Shown piece by piece: positions 15,098 to 27,441 of a stretch of DNA of 64,000 nt. This DNA is from the human T2T-CHM13v2.0 reference genome, Homo sapiens. The notes beneath the pieces were generated by a model. The model ran no database searches and was not told the origin of the DNA. It saw only the letters and a program-made list of their open reading frames with translations. Position numbers and translations under genes: made by a program. The DNA lies in NCBI RefSeq assembly GCF_009914755.1, contig NC_060928.1; one strand, written 5' to 3'. How positions within the stretch are numbered: the first letter of the stretch is position 1; each line of letters opens with the position of its first letter.

Positions 15098-15189
15098 AAG
15101 AATGATTATTGGGGGCCGATTTTTAGAGCGCTTTTATTGTAAGCAGAAGTTTGGGGTTTGTTGATTTGATTTTGCCTTTAGTAGGCAAG

Positions 15190-15340
15190 AGTACTGCATT
15201 GGGAGCCAGACAGACAGGACTCACACTCACCAGCTGTGTGTCCTCAGCAAAGTCAGTTAATCTCACTTACCCTCTATTTTCTCCTGGGTAAAATGAGTAT
15301 AATGATACTCTCTACCCCAAAGAGCTGTTACTGTGATTAA
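15190..15340 (+). mobile_element. MIR fragment
   Basis: gggagccagacagac...cagctgtgtgtcctcagcaaagtcagttaatctc...taaaatgagtataatgatac. Confidence 0.7.
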
Positions 15341-17232
15341 GAAGTCTCTGCAGTGTTTGACCTGTGCTAATGCTTTGCTGATGCAATACCTCTCTGAACC
15401 CTATGGAAAAGTTTTGCTGGCATTTTCCATTGGAACAAAGGAGTTACCTTCAAGAAAGGTCATCAGGATCAGAGAAGATGGGCAGTGACTTCATCCTTTC
15501 TGGGGAGCTTTCTCTGACCCTCCATTTGTTCATTAAAGCATTGCCTCAGCTTGCTGAGCTGCCCTGAGTGTAGGACTGTCTACACTGGGTTGCAATCTCC
15601 TGTTTGCTGGGTCATTTTCACAACTGTACTGAAAATTTTTAATCAAAATAATTGTATTTAAATCTCCATTCTCCCTTCAAGGCCATCCACATTTTCTAGA
15701 ACATGTCCATAAATAGCTGACTAAGATAAAATTGAAGAAATAAGCTACAATAAAATTCTTATGACTCTATATGGGCTATAAGAAATCATCAGGATGTGTA
15801 ATTATACATTTATTTCAAACAACTTTTTTTCAAGCCTAACTATCTATTAGACATCTTTGTGGATTTTAAACTGTTTATTGAAGTGGAGTTCATAAGCAAT
15901 GAGAAGGAATCTTATAGCATATGAAAATCAGAATAGATATTTCAAAAAGAGTTGTGGACGCTCAGGAACTGGACACGTGAGAAAAAGAACCAACTTTGAG
16001 CCTTTATAATAAAGAAATGGAATGAAGTCCTCTTTGGATACAGGGAAAGAGAATACTAGAAACAGTGCATCTGGGCTACAAGAAGGCCTTGAACACCAGT
16101 CTAAAAATTTGACCATAATCAAAAAGGAGCAACTGCAGATTCCTGAGCAAACGAATAGCAGAGTAGAAGACGCCACACTTCACAGCTTCTTGGCAGTTAC
16201 CTTCTCCAAACACAACCATTGAATAAGATAGCTCTCTTGCCTTGCTTAGAAGTTGATGAGTCTATGGAAATAATCTCCTTTGGAGTTTTCCTTTCTTTAT
16301 TGCACAAGCTGATCTGTATTCTCTTCCCATCTGGTGGTTACTCTTGAACTACACAGAATTTAGCCCAGGTTTGGAACTACAACGCAAAATAAGTTGAAAT
16401 AAAATTAATAAAATAAACCATCCCCCTCAAAAAAAAAAAAAACTTTTTTCCAACTTGACAACCCCAGCTAACTGTCTTCCTCCTCCCCAACTTCTCCTTC
16501 CTGTCAAGAAGTTGAGTATTGAGTACTATAAAAGCAAAAACCAAAGCAATCTGATCTCTTCTGGGAAGTCAGGGACATTTTGTTTTTTGGCTGTGAAACC
16601 GTGCTTAGACCTAAACAGAAAGTACCAAAGTCATTTGTGTGTGTGTGCATGTATATGAGAATGTAGGTAATATTTCCAGGAAAGGGTGATAGCACATATA
16701 AATATCCCAAGGCATGAGAGAAGATGACTCTTAAAGATTTAAAGAATCAAGGAATCTTCAATAAATGTTAAGTGAGTACTTATTGTGTGCTACAACTTTC
16801 AGGCAATAGGAGAAATGCAAAAAATACATGCAAAGTCTCTAATCTTAGGAAATGTACAATAATAATAGACTTAATTAACAGTCACAGGCAATTGAGATAA
16901 TATGAAGTCATAAAAAATAATCATGATGACAAATTTGTATGACTTATTTTACAGGTAGCATATATGCTTAATAGAGCTGAAAGCACATTATGCCTGTATA
17001 TTATTTCATTTTCATAATAGCTCTATGAAAGAGATTTCATTTTTAATCCCAACATTATATATAACACCAAGGCATAGGAGTGTTAAGTGTATTGTTCAAG
17101 CTGATACCAATAGTAAATGATAAATACTAGATTTAATCACAGAAATATGAGTTTGAAGTTATTGTCAGAAACATGTAATATATTCATTCAATAAATATTT
17201 ATAACCTATTATATGCCAAGAATACTGGATTT

Positions 17233-17579
<347 letters not shown>

Positions 17580-17639
17580 CTAGGACTGAGACACACAGTA
17601 AACCAAAACATAAATATGTTAATTATTTTAATCAATTTA

Positions 17640-18248
17640 GGTATAATTTAATGCAATAAGATATTTTGCTGTTACGTGTAAAATTAGAAGTTTTGAAAAA
17701 TAAATATAGTCACACAACTGCCACTACCCTCATGATTTAGAACATTCCTATTACCCTAAAAAGCAACCTCATGTTCCTTTGTAGTCAATCTCCTACTCCA
17801 TCCCAGCTCCTAGCAACCAGTAATCTTTCTGTCACTGTAGTTTTGCCTTTTGTTTGATAATTTCCTATAAACAGAATCATACAATGTGTAGTCTTTGTGT
17901 CTGGCTTCTTTTACTTAGCATAATGTTTCTGAGATTTATGCATGTTATTTTATGTATCGATACTATTTTCCTTTTCATTTATGAACATTATTCAATTGAG
18001 TAAATACACCACAACTTGTTTCTCCATCTATCAGTTGATGGACATTTGGGTTGTGTCCAGTTTTTAATTATCATGAATAAAGCTACTATTAACAGAAAAA
18101 TCTCTGTACAGACATATGTTTACATTTCTGTTAGGTAAATACCTAGGAGTGGGATTGTTGGGCTGCATAATAAGTGCATATTTTGCTGTATAAGAAAACT
18201 GTCGAATTGTTTTTCAAAGTGGCTGTTCGATTTTGAATTCCCATCACA
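17640..18248 (-). mobile_element. L1MB-type 3' end fragment
   Basis: Reverse L1MB 3'UTR (aatcatacaatgtgtagtctttgtgtctggcttcttttacttagcataatgtttctgagattt...taaatacctaggagtgggattgttggg). Confidence 0.85.
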
Positions 18249-18594
18249 TTCTGCCCTCTGGACCTGTCTGTTATCCATCAACCAAATCCTTCCCAAGGTC
18301 CTCAATCTCTTCTATGTTCTAGTTACTGTCTTCATTATGCACATACCAGAAGATCAAATGGTCAGGTAGAATATTCTGTTTGCTACTGTTGCCCCCTTCA
18401 GACCTCCTCACTTGCCCCCTGCCAAGAACTCCAACTCCTCCTGAAGTCCACTCCACTTAATAACCCCTCTTTCTCCAACACAGCCATGTTGCTCTAATCC
18501 AATGCTCTCCTGATCACTGTTCCTTCTTCATTGGCGATATTAGCATCTGCTTTCCTGTCTTCTTCTCTATCATTATTCCTTTCACCATTAATTT

Positions 18595-21500
18595 TTTTTT
18601 TACTCAACAAATATTTTTAGAGGGTCTACTTTGTATTAGGCAGTTTCAGCTACTGGTCTATAGTAATAGAAAAATATATAAATAAATATCCCAGTCTTCA
18701 CTTAGCATGTAATTTAATGAAAACCTGTATACATACATATATTTACAACATGCACACCTATAAATGTATACACATATGCACACATTTATATAAGTTATGG
18801 AGAAAAGCAAAGCTGGAAGGGGCTAGGCAGGTTATTTTGATAGGGGGAGGTAAATTTGTAATATACCATTTTTAATAGTATATTAAAGGAAGGCCACACT
18901 GAGAAGCTGACAGTTGAACAAGGTGACAGACGACAAAGCAGGTCATGAATTTCTATAGGTAAAGAGATGTATTAGTCCATTTTCATGCTGCTGATAAAGA
19001 CATACCCAAGACTGGAAAGAAAAAGAGGTTTAATTGGACTTACAGTTCCACATGGCTGGGGAGGCCTCAGAATCATGGAGGGAAGTGAAAGGCACTTTTT
19101 ATATGGCGGCGGCAAGACAAAATGAGGAAGAAGCAAAAGCGGAAACCCCTGATAAACCCATCAGATCTTGTGAGACTTATTCATTACTATGAGAGTATTA
19201 TGGAGGAAACTGTCCCCATGATTCAAATTATCTCCCTCAACACATGGGAATTATGGGAATATAATTCGAGTTGAAATTTGTGAGGAACACAGCCAAACCA
19301 TATCATTCCACCCCTGGCCCTTCCAAATCTCATGTCCTCACATTTCAAAACCAATCATGCCTTCCCAACATGCCCCAAAGTCTTAATTTATTTCAGCATT
19401 AACCCAAAAGTCCACAGCCCAAAGTTTCATCTGAGACAAGGCAAGTCCCTTCCACCAATGAGCCTATAAAATAAAAAGTAAGCTAGTTAATTCCTAGATA
19501 CAATGGAGGTACAGGTATTGAGTAAATACAGCCATTCCAAATAGGAGAAATTGGACAAAACAAAGGGGTTACAGGCCCCATGCAAGTCCAAAATCCAGCA
19601 GGGCAGTCAAATTCTAAAGCTCCAAAATGATCTCCTTTGGCTCCATGTCTCACATCCAGGTATCACTGATGCAAGAGGTGGGTTCTTATAGTCTTGGGCA
19701 GCTCTGATCCTGTGGCTTTACAGGGTACAGCCCCCCCTCCTGGCTGCTTTCACAGGCTGGCATTGAGTGTCTGAAACTTTTCCAGGTGCACAGTGAAAGC
19801 TGTCAGTGGATCCATCATTCTGGGATCTGGGGGACAGTGGCCCTTTTCTCATAGCTACACTAGGCAGTGCTCCAGTAGGGACTCAGTGTGGGGGCTCCGG
19901 CCCCACATTTCCCTTCTGCATTGTCCTAGCAGAGGTTCTCCAAGAGGGTGCTGCCCCTGCAACAAACTTTTGCCTAGGCATCCAGGCATTTCCATAGATC
20001 TTCTGAAATCTAGGTGGAGATTCCCAAACCTCAATTCTTGACTTCTGTGCACCTGCAGGCTCAACACCACATAGAAGCTGCCAAGGTTTGGGGCTTACAC
20101 CTTCTGAAACCATGGGCTGAGCTGTACCTTGGCATCTTTTAGCCATGGCTGGAGCAGCTGGGATGCAGGGCAGCAAGTTGCTAGGCTGCACACAGCATGG
20201 GGACCCTGGGCCCAGACCATGGAACTATTTTTTTTCCTCCTAGACTTCGGGTCTGTGATGGGAGGGGCTACCATGAAGACATATGACATGCCCTGGAGAC
20301 ATTTTCCCCATTGTCTAGATTAACATTCGGCTCCTTGTTACTTATGCAGATTTCTGCAACCAACTTGAATTTCTCCTCAAAAAATGAGTTTTTCTTTTCT
20401 ACTGCCTCATCAGGCTGCAAATGTTCTGAATTTTAATGCTCTGTTCCCATTTTAAAATGGGATGCTATTAACAGCACTCAAGTCACCTTTTGAATGCTTT
20501 GCTACTTAGAAATTTCTTCTGCCAGATATCCTAAGTCATCTCTCTCATGTTCAAAGTTCCAAAAATCTCTAGGGCAGGGAAAAATGCCACTAGTCTCTTT
20601 GCTAAAAGATAACAAGAGTCGCCTTTGCTCCAGTTCCCAGTAAGTTCCCCATCTCCATCTGAGACCACCTCAGCCTGCACCTTATTGTTCATATCACTAT
20701 CAGCATTTTTGTCAAAGCCATTGAACAAGTCTCTAGGAGGTTCCAAACTTTCCCACATTTTCCTGTCTTCTTCTGAGCCCTCCAAACTGTTCCAACCTCT
20801 GCCTGACACCCAGTTCCAAAGTCATTTCCACATTTTTGGATATCTTTTCAGCAATGCCTCGCTGTACTGGTACCAATTTACTGTATTAGTCCGTTTTCAC
20901 ATTGCTGGTAAAGACAGACCTGAGACTGGGAAGAAAAAGAGGTTTAATTGGACTTACAGTTCCAAATGGCTGGGGAGGCCTCAGAATCATGGCAGGAGGT
21001 GAAAGGCACTTGTTAGATAGCCACAGCAAGAGAAAAATAAGGAAGAAGCAAAAGCAGAAACCCCTGACAAAATCATCAGATCTCGTGAGACTTATTCACT
21101 GTCATGAGAACAGTATGAGGGAAACCGCCCCCATGATTCAAATTATCTCCCACCGGGTCCCTCTCACAACATGTGGGAATTATGGGAGTACAATTCAAGA
21201 TGAGATTTGGGTGGGGACACAGAGCCAAACCTAATCAAGAGAGTTCCAGGCAGAAGCAATAATAAATACCAAATCCTTGAGGCTGGAATATGCCCAAGGA
21301 ATATGTTCAGAAAGTGCAAAGGCCAGAGTGGCTGGAGCACAGTAAGCAATGGGAGAATAAAGATGAGGTCAGAGAGATGAGGGACAAGTGCAACTGACTG
21401 GCCATGGTAAGGACTCAGAAGTTGGTCAAGGTGGCATGTGAAGCCCCTGTGCAGTTTTGAGCATGGAATCAACACGACCAGGTTCATGTTCATAAAGGTT

Positions 21501-21905
21501 TACTCCAGCTGCTCTATTAAATAAAATAATAGAAGACAGAAGAGCAGCTGACAAGTTATTGCAATAATTTGAAAGATACACAATTTAGGTGACAGTGTTT
21601 GGATTCTGTATATAATTTGAAGGAATAGCTATGAGGATTTGCCGAGTAATTAAAATGTGGGATACAATGAAAAAATAATCATTTACTTAGAAACAAAAAG
21701 ATTATATTGATAAATGATAAATGAATTACTGAAAAAGATAATTCATTTATGCTCCAAGATTTGGAGCATGGGTAACCAGGATGGGGACACTATTAACTTT
21801 CACATTAGCTTTCACAGGCTGGCATTGAGTGTCTGCAGCTTGAGTGGAAAAGACAGCAGGAGGAGCGTGTTTAAGGAGTGAGATCGGGAATTCAGTTTTA
21901 GATGG
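18595..21905 (-). mobile_element. L2a element split by the THE1 provirus (18595-18967 and 21238-21905)
   Basis: L2 3' terminus tactcaacaaatatttttag; gttccaggcagaagc...atgaggtcagagag...ggaattcagttttaga continues after the TSD. Confidence 0.8.
18968..21237 (-). mobile_element. Complete THE1 (THE1A/B-type) MaLR provirus: LTRs 18968-19305 and 20882-21237, internal region 19306-20881
   Basis: Two homologous LTRs (tgtattagtcc...atca), 5-bp TSD AGAGA (18963-18967, 21238-21242), polypurine tract complement ttccacccctggccc at 19306. Confidence 0.95.
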
Positions 21906-22461
21906 CTTTTCTTGATAACTTCAACGTCTGTACAACTCACTCTGGATTCTTGGTCCCATGGCATCCTCCACCAAGGAATCTTACACTCCACTCCCCCTAT
22001 GATGACTACTCCAAGGCTGTGGTTGCCATGGTCATTTCCTGGATCCTGTCATTGCCAACAATCATTCCACCTCCAAAGATCGATTTCAAGTATCTCACTT
22101 TCTGGTTACCACCTTGTAATCTACAGCTCACTCTTCAATGTTAAACTTGCCCTCTTCTTTGGCCCCACTGAGAAATCCAATCCAATGACCTCACAAGAGT
22201 GTTGCTATAGTTCTGTGCTCCTTTTCATCTACCCACACCTTTCCTTACCGGCCTTAGATGCCATGGTCAATTATTACATCAAAACCCTAGCTTGCTCACT
22301 CGGATCCCCTTTTCCTGCTTTTCCCATCATACTCCATGTCACAAAACCCTGGGCTCCTAGTAAATCTCATCTCTTTACTACTTTATTACTACACTTGAGT
22401 TCCAGGACATAACTGCTGAAAAGCTCACAAGTGTGCTGACTAGTGTCACTTTAAACTTATA

Positions 22462-23600
22462 AAGTCAAACTATCCCTGTTTGCAGATGCCATGATCTAGA
22501 AAACCCTATAGTCTTGGCCCAAAAGCTTCTAAAGCTGATAAACAACTTCAGCAAAGTCTCAGGATAAAAAATCAGTGTACAAAAATCACTAGCAGTTCTA
22601 TGCACCAACAATTGTCAAGCTGAGAGCCAAATCAGGAGCACAATCCCATTCACAACTGCTACAAAAAGAATAAAATACCTAGGCAAACATCTAACCAGAG
22701 AGGTGAAAGATCCCTAAGATGAGAACTACAAAACACTGCTCAAAAAAATCAGAGATGACACTAACAAATGGAAAAACAGTCCATGCTCATGGATAGGAAG
22801 AACTAGTATCATTAAAATGGCCATACTGCCCAAAGCAATTTATAGATTCATGCTGCTCATGTTAAACTACCAATGACATTCATCACATAAGTAGAAAATA
22901 CCATTTTAAAATTCATATGGAACCAAAACAAAAGAGCTCGAATAGCCAAGACAATCCTAAGTAACAAGAATAAAGCTGGAGACGTCACACTACCCTGCTT
23001 CAAGCTATATACTACAAGACTGCAGTAACCAAAACAGCATAGTACTGGTACAAAAACAGACACATAGACCAATGGAGCAGAATAGAAAACCTAGAGATAA
23101 GGCCGCACACCTACAATCATCTGATTGTTGACAAACCAGACAGAAACAAGCAATAGAGAAAGGATTCCCTATTCAATAAAGGGAGCTGGGATAATTGGCT
23201 AGCCATATGCAGAAGATTGAGACTGGACCCCTTCCATACAGCATATACAAAAATCAACTCAAGATGCATTAAAGACTTAAATGCTGGCCAGTGCGGTGGC
23301 TCATGCCTGTAATCCCAGGACTTTGGGAAGCCAAGACAGGCAGATCACCTGAGGTCAGGAGTTTGAGACCAGCATGGTCAACGTGGCAAAAGCCCATCTC
23401 TACTAAAAATACAAAAATTAGCTGGGCATGGTGGCATGCACCTGTAATCCCCAGCATCATCCTGATACCAAAACCTGGCAGAGACACACACACAAAAAAA
23501 GAAAGTTTCAGGCCAATATCCCTGATGAACTTCAATGATACAAGTTTAACTATGTAACAAACATGCACATGTACCTCTGAACTTAAAAGTTAAATTTTAA
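22462..23600 (+). mobile_element. Rearranged older L1P (about PA13-16/PB): ORF2 segment 22462-23285, half Alu, foreign L1 patch, 3' terminus 23538-23600
   Basis: ORF2 RT-downstream sequence aligns to 45123-45945; 3' end acaagtttaactatgtaacaaacatgcacatgtacctctgaacttaaaag. Confidence 0.85.
23286..23455 (+). mobile_element. AluS left monomer plus start of right monomer (3'-deleted)
   Basis: ggccagtgcggtggctcatgcctgtaatccc...gatcacctgaggtcaggagttt...cctgtaatcc, then an abrupt switch to L1 sequence. Confidence 0.93.
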
Positions 23601-24577
23601 AAACCAAAGATCCAGTGGTCACTCAACTTTGCTTAGCCACCCTGACTTACATGCTTAATAAATTTACTTTCTCATTCTCTGGGTGACCATTGTATATATT
23701 CTGTGATGTTTTCAAACATGTTAATTTTCCATTTCCCCATTTCAGGGAAATTCAGTATTTCCGAGAGAAATACTGTCAGCTGGTGACTGCATTTCTTATT
23801 AAACTGAGAAAACTTTAGCAGGAAGCAAGGCAAAATGCACAAGTACCGATAGAGACAGGGTGGCAGATTTGGTCTGAGGGAGATGAGGGAGCATTTTGCC
23901 TTGCTTCCCCCTAAAGTGAGTGAACATCACTGTGCCTATTTGGAGTTACTTCTTTGATCTGAATTCTGTCTCTTCTCACCTATTAAACAAGATTTCTTCT
24001 ACAACTATTTTTTCTCTCATCACCTGAATCTTTACTGCCCTCCACCTGCTAGATTATTCCCAACTACATTCAAAAGTGCCATAATAAAACCCATCTTAAC
24101 AAAAACATTTCCACTCACCCCACATTTCATTTAGGCCACCTCCCCATTTCTTTGCCTCTCTTAAAAACAACTCCTCAAAAGAGTTTTCTCGGCATGATTT
24201 CAGTTGCTTACTTCCATTCTCCTTTCAGCCCATCTCAAATACAAACTACCTCATCAAATCACTGAAACTACTCTTTCAAGGTTATTAACAATCTTCAACT
24301 TGCCAACTCTAGTGACCAATTTTCTGTTTCACCTTATTCCAAATCTCCACAGCATTTGACAGAGTTGGTTCCTTCCTCTCTCCTTAAATACTTCCTTCAC
24401 TCGATTTTCAGGGCACCACCCCTTTTCCTACTCTTTCCTCCTAGCTCAGCAATGACACCTGAACAATCTCTTTTGCATGTCTATCTTGAAGTGCCTCAGG
24501 GCACAGTCCTCATGCTTCTCTCTCCATGGCCTCACTCGTGATCTCAGTCATGCCCCCAAGATTGTAAATACCATCTA

Positions 24578-24901
24578 GAGTAGTGCTCCCTTATCCACGT
24601 GGAGTATGTTCCAAGACTCCCAGCGGATGCTTGAAACCATGAACAGTACCAAATCCTATATAGACTATGATTTTTCTCATACATACATACCTATGACAAA
24701 GTTTAATTTATAAATTAGGTACAGCAAGAAATTAACAACAATAATAATAAAAAAACAAGTATAACAGTATACTATAATAAAATTATATAAATATGGCCTC
24801 TCTCTCTCTCTCTCTCTCCCTTCCTTTTCAAAATATCTTCTTCTACTGTGCCACAGGTAACTGAAACCACAGAAAGGAAACTGGATAAAGTGGGATTACT
24901 G
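24578..24901 (-). mobile_element. MER44A-like TcMar-Tigger non-autonomous DNA transposon
   Basis: Terminal inverted repeats agtagtgctcccttatcca / tggataaagtgggattactg, flanked by TA duplication. Confidence 0.85.
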
Positions 24902-25118
24902 TATATGCTGAGTGCTCCCAAGCACCAAAATGATGAGTCTCATTGCCCCCAGGAGTCCCCAAATGGATGTTTAGTGGGCATCTCAGTCTGAACAAGGTCA
25001 GAACAGAACTCTTGATTTCTCACCACCACTACCCCATCCCTCCACACACACATATTCAAACCTCCTGTGTTTGCTCCCAGTTTTCTTTTAATACATGGCA
25101 ACAGTACTTCTCAGTTGC

Positions 25119-25532
25119 TTTATTAGTTTGCTACTGTTGCCATCACAAAATACCACAGATTGGTGGCTTAACAAAGAGATTTATTTGCTCTTGATTCTGA
25201 GGCTAGGAACTCAAGATCAAGATGTTTGCCCTTTTAGTTCTTCTGAGACCTCTCTCCTGGGCTTGCAGACAGTGGACTTCTCCTTGTGCACACATTGTCA
25301 TCTCTCTGTGCACACACACATGTGTCTGGTGTCTTTCTGTGTGTACAAATGTCCTTTCTGTATAAGGATTGTCAGTCATATTGGATTAGGGTCCACCTTA
25401 AAGGCTTCATTTTAACTTAATTACCTCTTGAAAGACCTTGTCTCCAAATATAGTCACATCCTGAGGTACTGTGGCTAGAACCTCAACATATAAATGCTGG
25501 ACATGGGGAGATACATAATTTGATCAATAACA
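25119..25532 (-). mobile_element. MLT1B-type solo LTR
   Basis: MLT1 motifs; 5-bp TSD GTTGC at 25114-25118 and 25533-25537. Confidence 0.9.
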
Positions 25533-26609
25533 GTTGCTCAATCCAAAACTTCAGATGACATTCCTGTTTCTCTCTTTTCCTACTTAATATATCAATGAAT
25601 CCTTTTGATCTAGCTTAAAGCATGTCTGAAATTTGATCAGACACAATCTGTCCTTCTAGAACCTAGATACTAGAGTCTCCCCAGAACTGGTATCCATATT
25701 TCCAAACTTGCCCACACAGTAGTTACAGGGAAAAATAAACACATTAATTCATTACTTCAGTGGCTTCCTGATGCACTACGAATAAAATCCAAACCCCTTA
25801 CATTTGTCCACATGATCCAGCCCCTGCCTCTCCCTCCTATCTCAGCAACCATGTGTCTATCCTTGATTTCCACGTTCTAGCCACACTGTGCTTCTTGCCA
25901 TCTTTATACACACCATCTTAACTCCAGCATCAGACATGTTACATTTTCCAATTTCTCTGACTGAAACACTAGTCCCCTATATCTCTACCTCCCAGTGATG
26001 CTCCATCCCTTTACCCTACTCTATTTTCTTCAGGGTTCATGTCACTCTCTGAATTATGTTTAGTTATCCATTGCCTGTCTCTGCAACTAAAATGTAAAGT
26101 CTGAGATGGCACAGACCTTGCTGCTTTGTCTACTGTTATATTTGCAGTGCTTAGAGTATAATCACGTATAGTACATGCTCAACACTTAGTGAGTACATAG
26201 ATCAATGGATAAGTGAATATTATTTTTACCACCAGTTTGCAGTTTTAAAAATGGACGCTGAGACATTTTGAGCAAGTTGCCCGAGGTCATATGGCTCTAA
26301 ATGGTCACTGCAGAGCCACTTACTTTAAATCCGCATCTTGTGTGTTCTTATCACAACACACTGTCTAGTTGGGACTTAGAACAGTCATCGGAATTAAAGT
26401 TTAAAAATAATTGGAAGATTTAATATTAAATTTTTGTCACTTTAACTTGCTCTTATGTCATCTTGTGACAGCCAGATGTGTTCTTCCACAGTACCAGAAT
26501 GGAGACATGTAACTTACGCTCCCCCTACTCAGAAAACAAACACAGCAGAAACCACACCTTCCAGAGAAAAGCAGATGTACAGAGACTGTGAGAAAATCAT
26601 TGATTTTTC

Positions 26610-26963
<354 letters not shown>

Positions 26964-27109
26964 TTAATAGTGAGGAAATTTTTCCTGGCTTCACATCTGC
27001 TATTGTTTTCAAAAATTTTTTGTTGTTGTTGTTGTTTTAGATAAGCTCATAGACTCTCAGTTGTATTGCTTTTCACCACAACATTTTAAAGTTTAGATTT
27101 TACTTCTGT

Positions 27110-27441
27110 GAGTGGCTGAAGTAACAGAAATTTATTATCTCCCAATCCTGGAGGCTACAAGTCTAAGATCAAGGTGTTAGCAGGGTTGGTTCCTCCTGAT
27201 GACTGCGAGAAAGAATTTGTTCCATGGCATTCTGCCTGTGTATGTGTCTGTCTCCAAATTTCCCCTTTTTAAAAGAACTCTACTCGTATTGAATTCACAC
27301 CCACCTTCATAATGTCATTTTGACTTGATTACCTCTGTAAACATCCTATCGCAAAATAAGGTTATAGCTTGAGGTACTGGGATTTAAAACGTCAACATAT
27401 GAATGTTGGGGTGGGGGCCGGGGGTACCATTCAGCCATTAA
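27110..27441 (-). mobile_element. MLT1B/C LTR, partial
   Basis: cagaaatttattatctc...ctggaggctacaagtctaagatcaaggtg...gaggtactgggattta...attcagccattaaca. Confidence 0.8.

Larger units (their letters stand above)
21906..26220 (+). mobile_element. Long L2 element (~2.4 kb of L2 sequence) interrupted by an L1/Alu chimera, MER44A and MLT1B
   Basis: EN-domain remnant (LDNFNV, like LGDFNI), L2 RT-region motifs (cactgaaactactctttcaaggtt, gtgcctcagggcacagtcct), 3' end ...ctcaacacttagtgagt. Confidence 0.75.

Noticed and set aside
23291-23557. 88-aa Alu-L1 fusion ORF
   Set aside because: Non-ATG start and an incidental frame across the repair junction; no promoter or splice support
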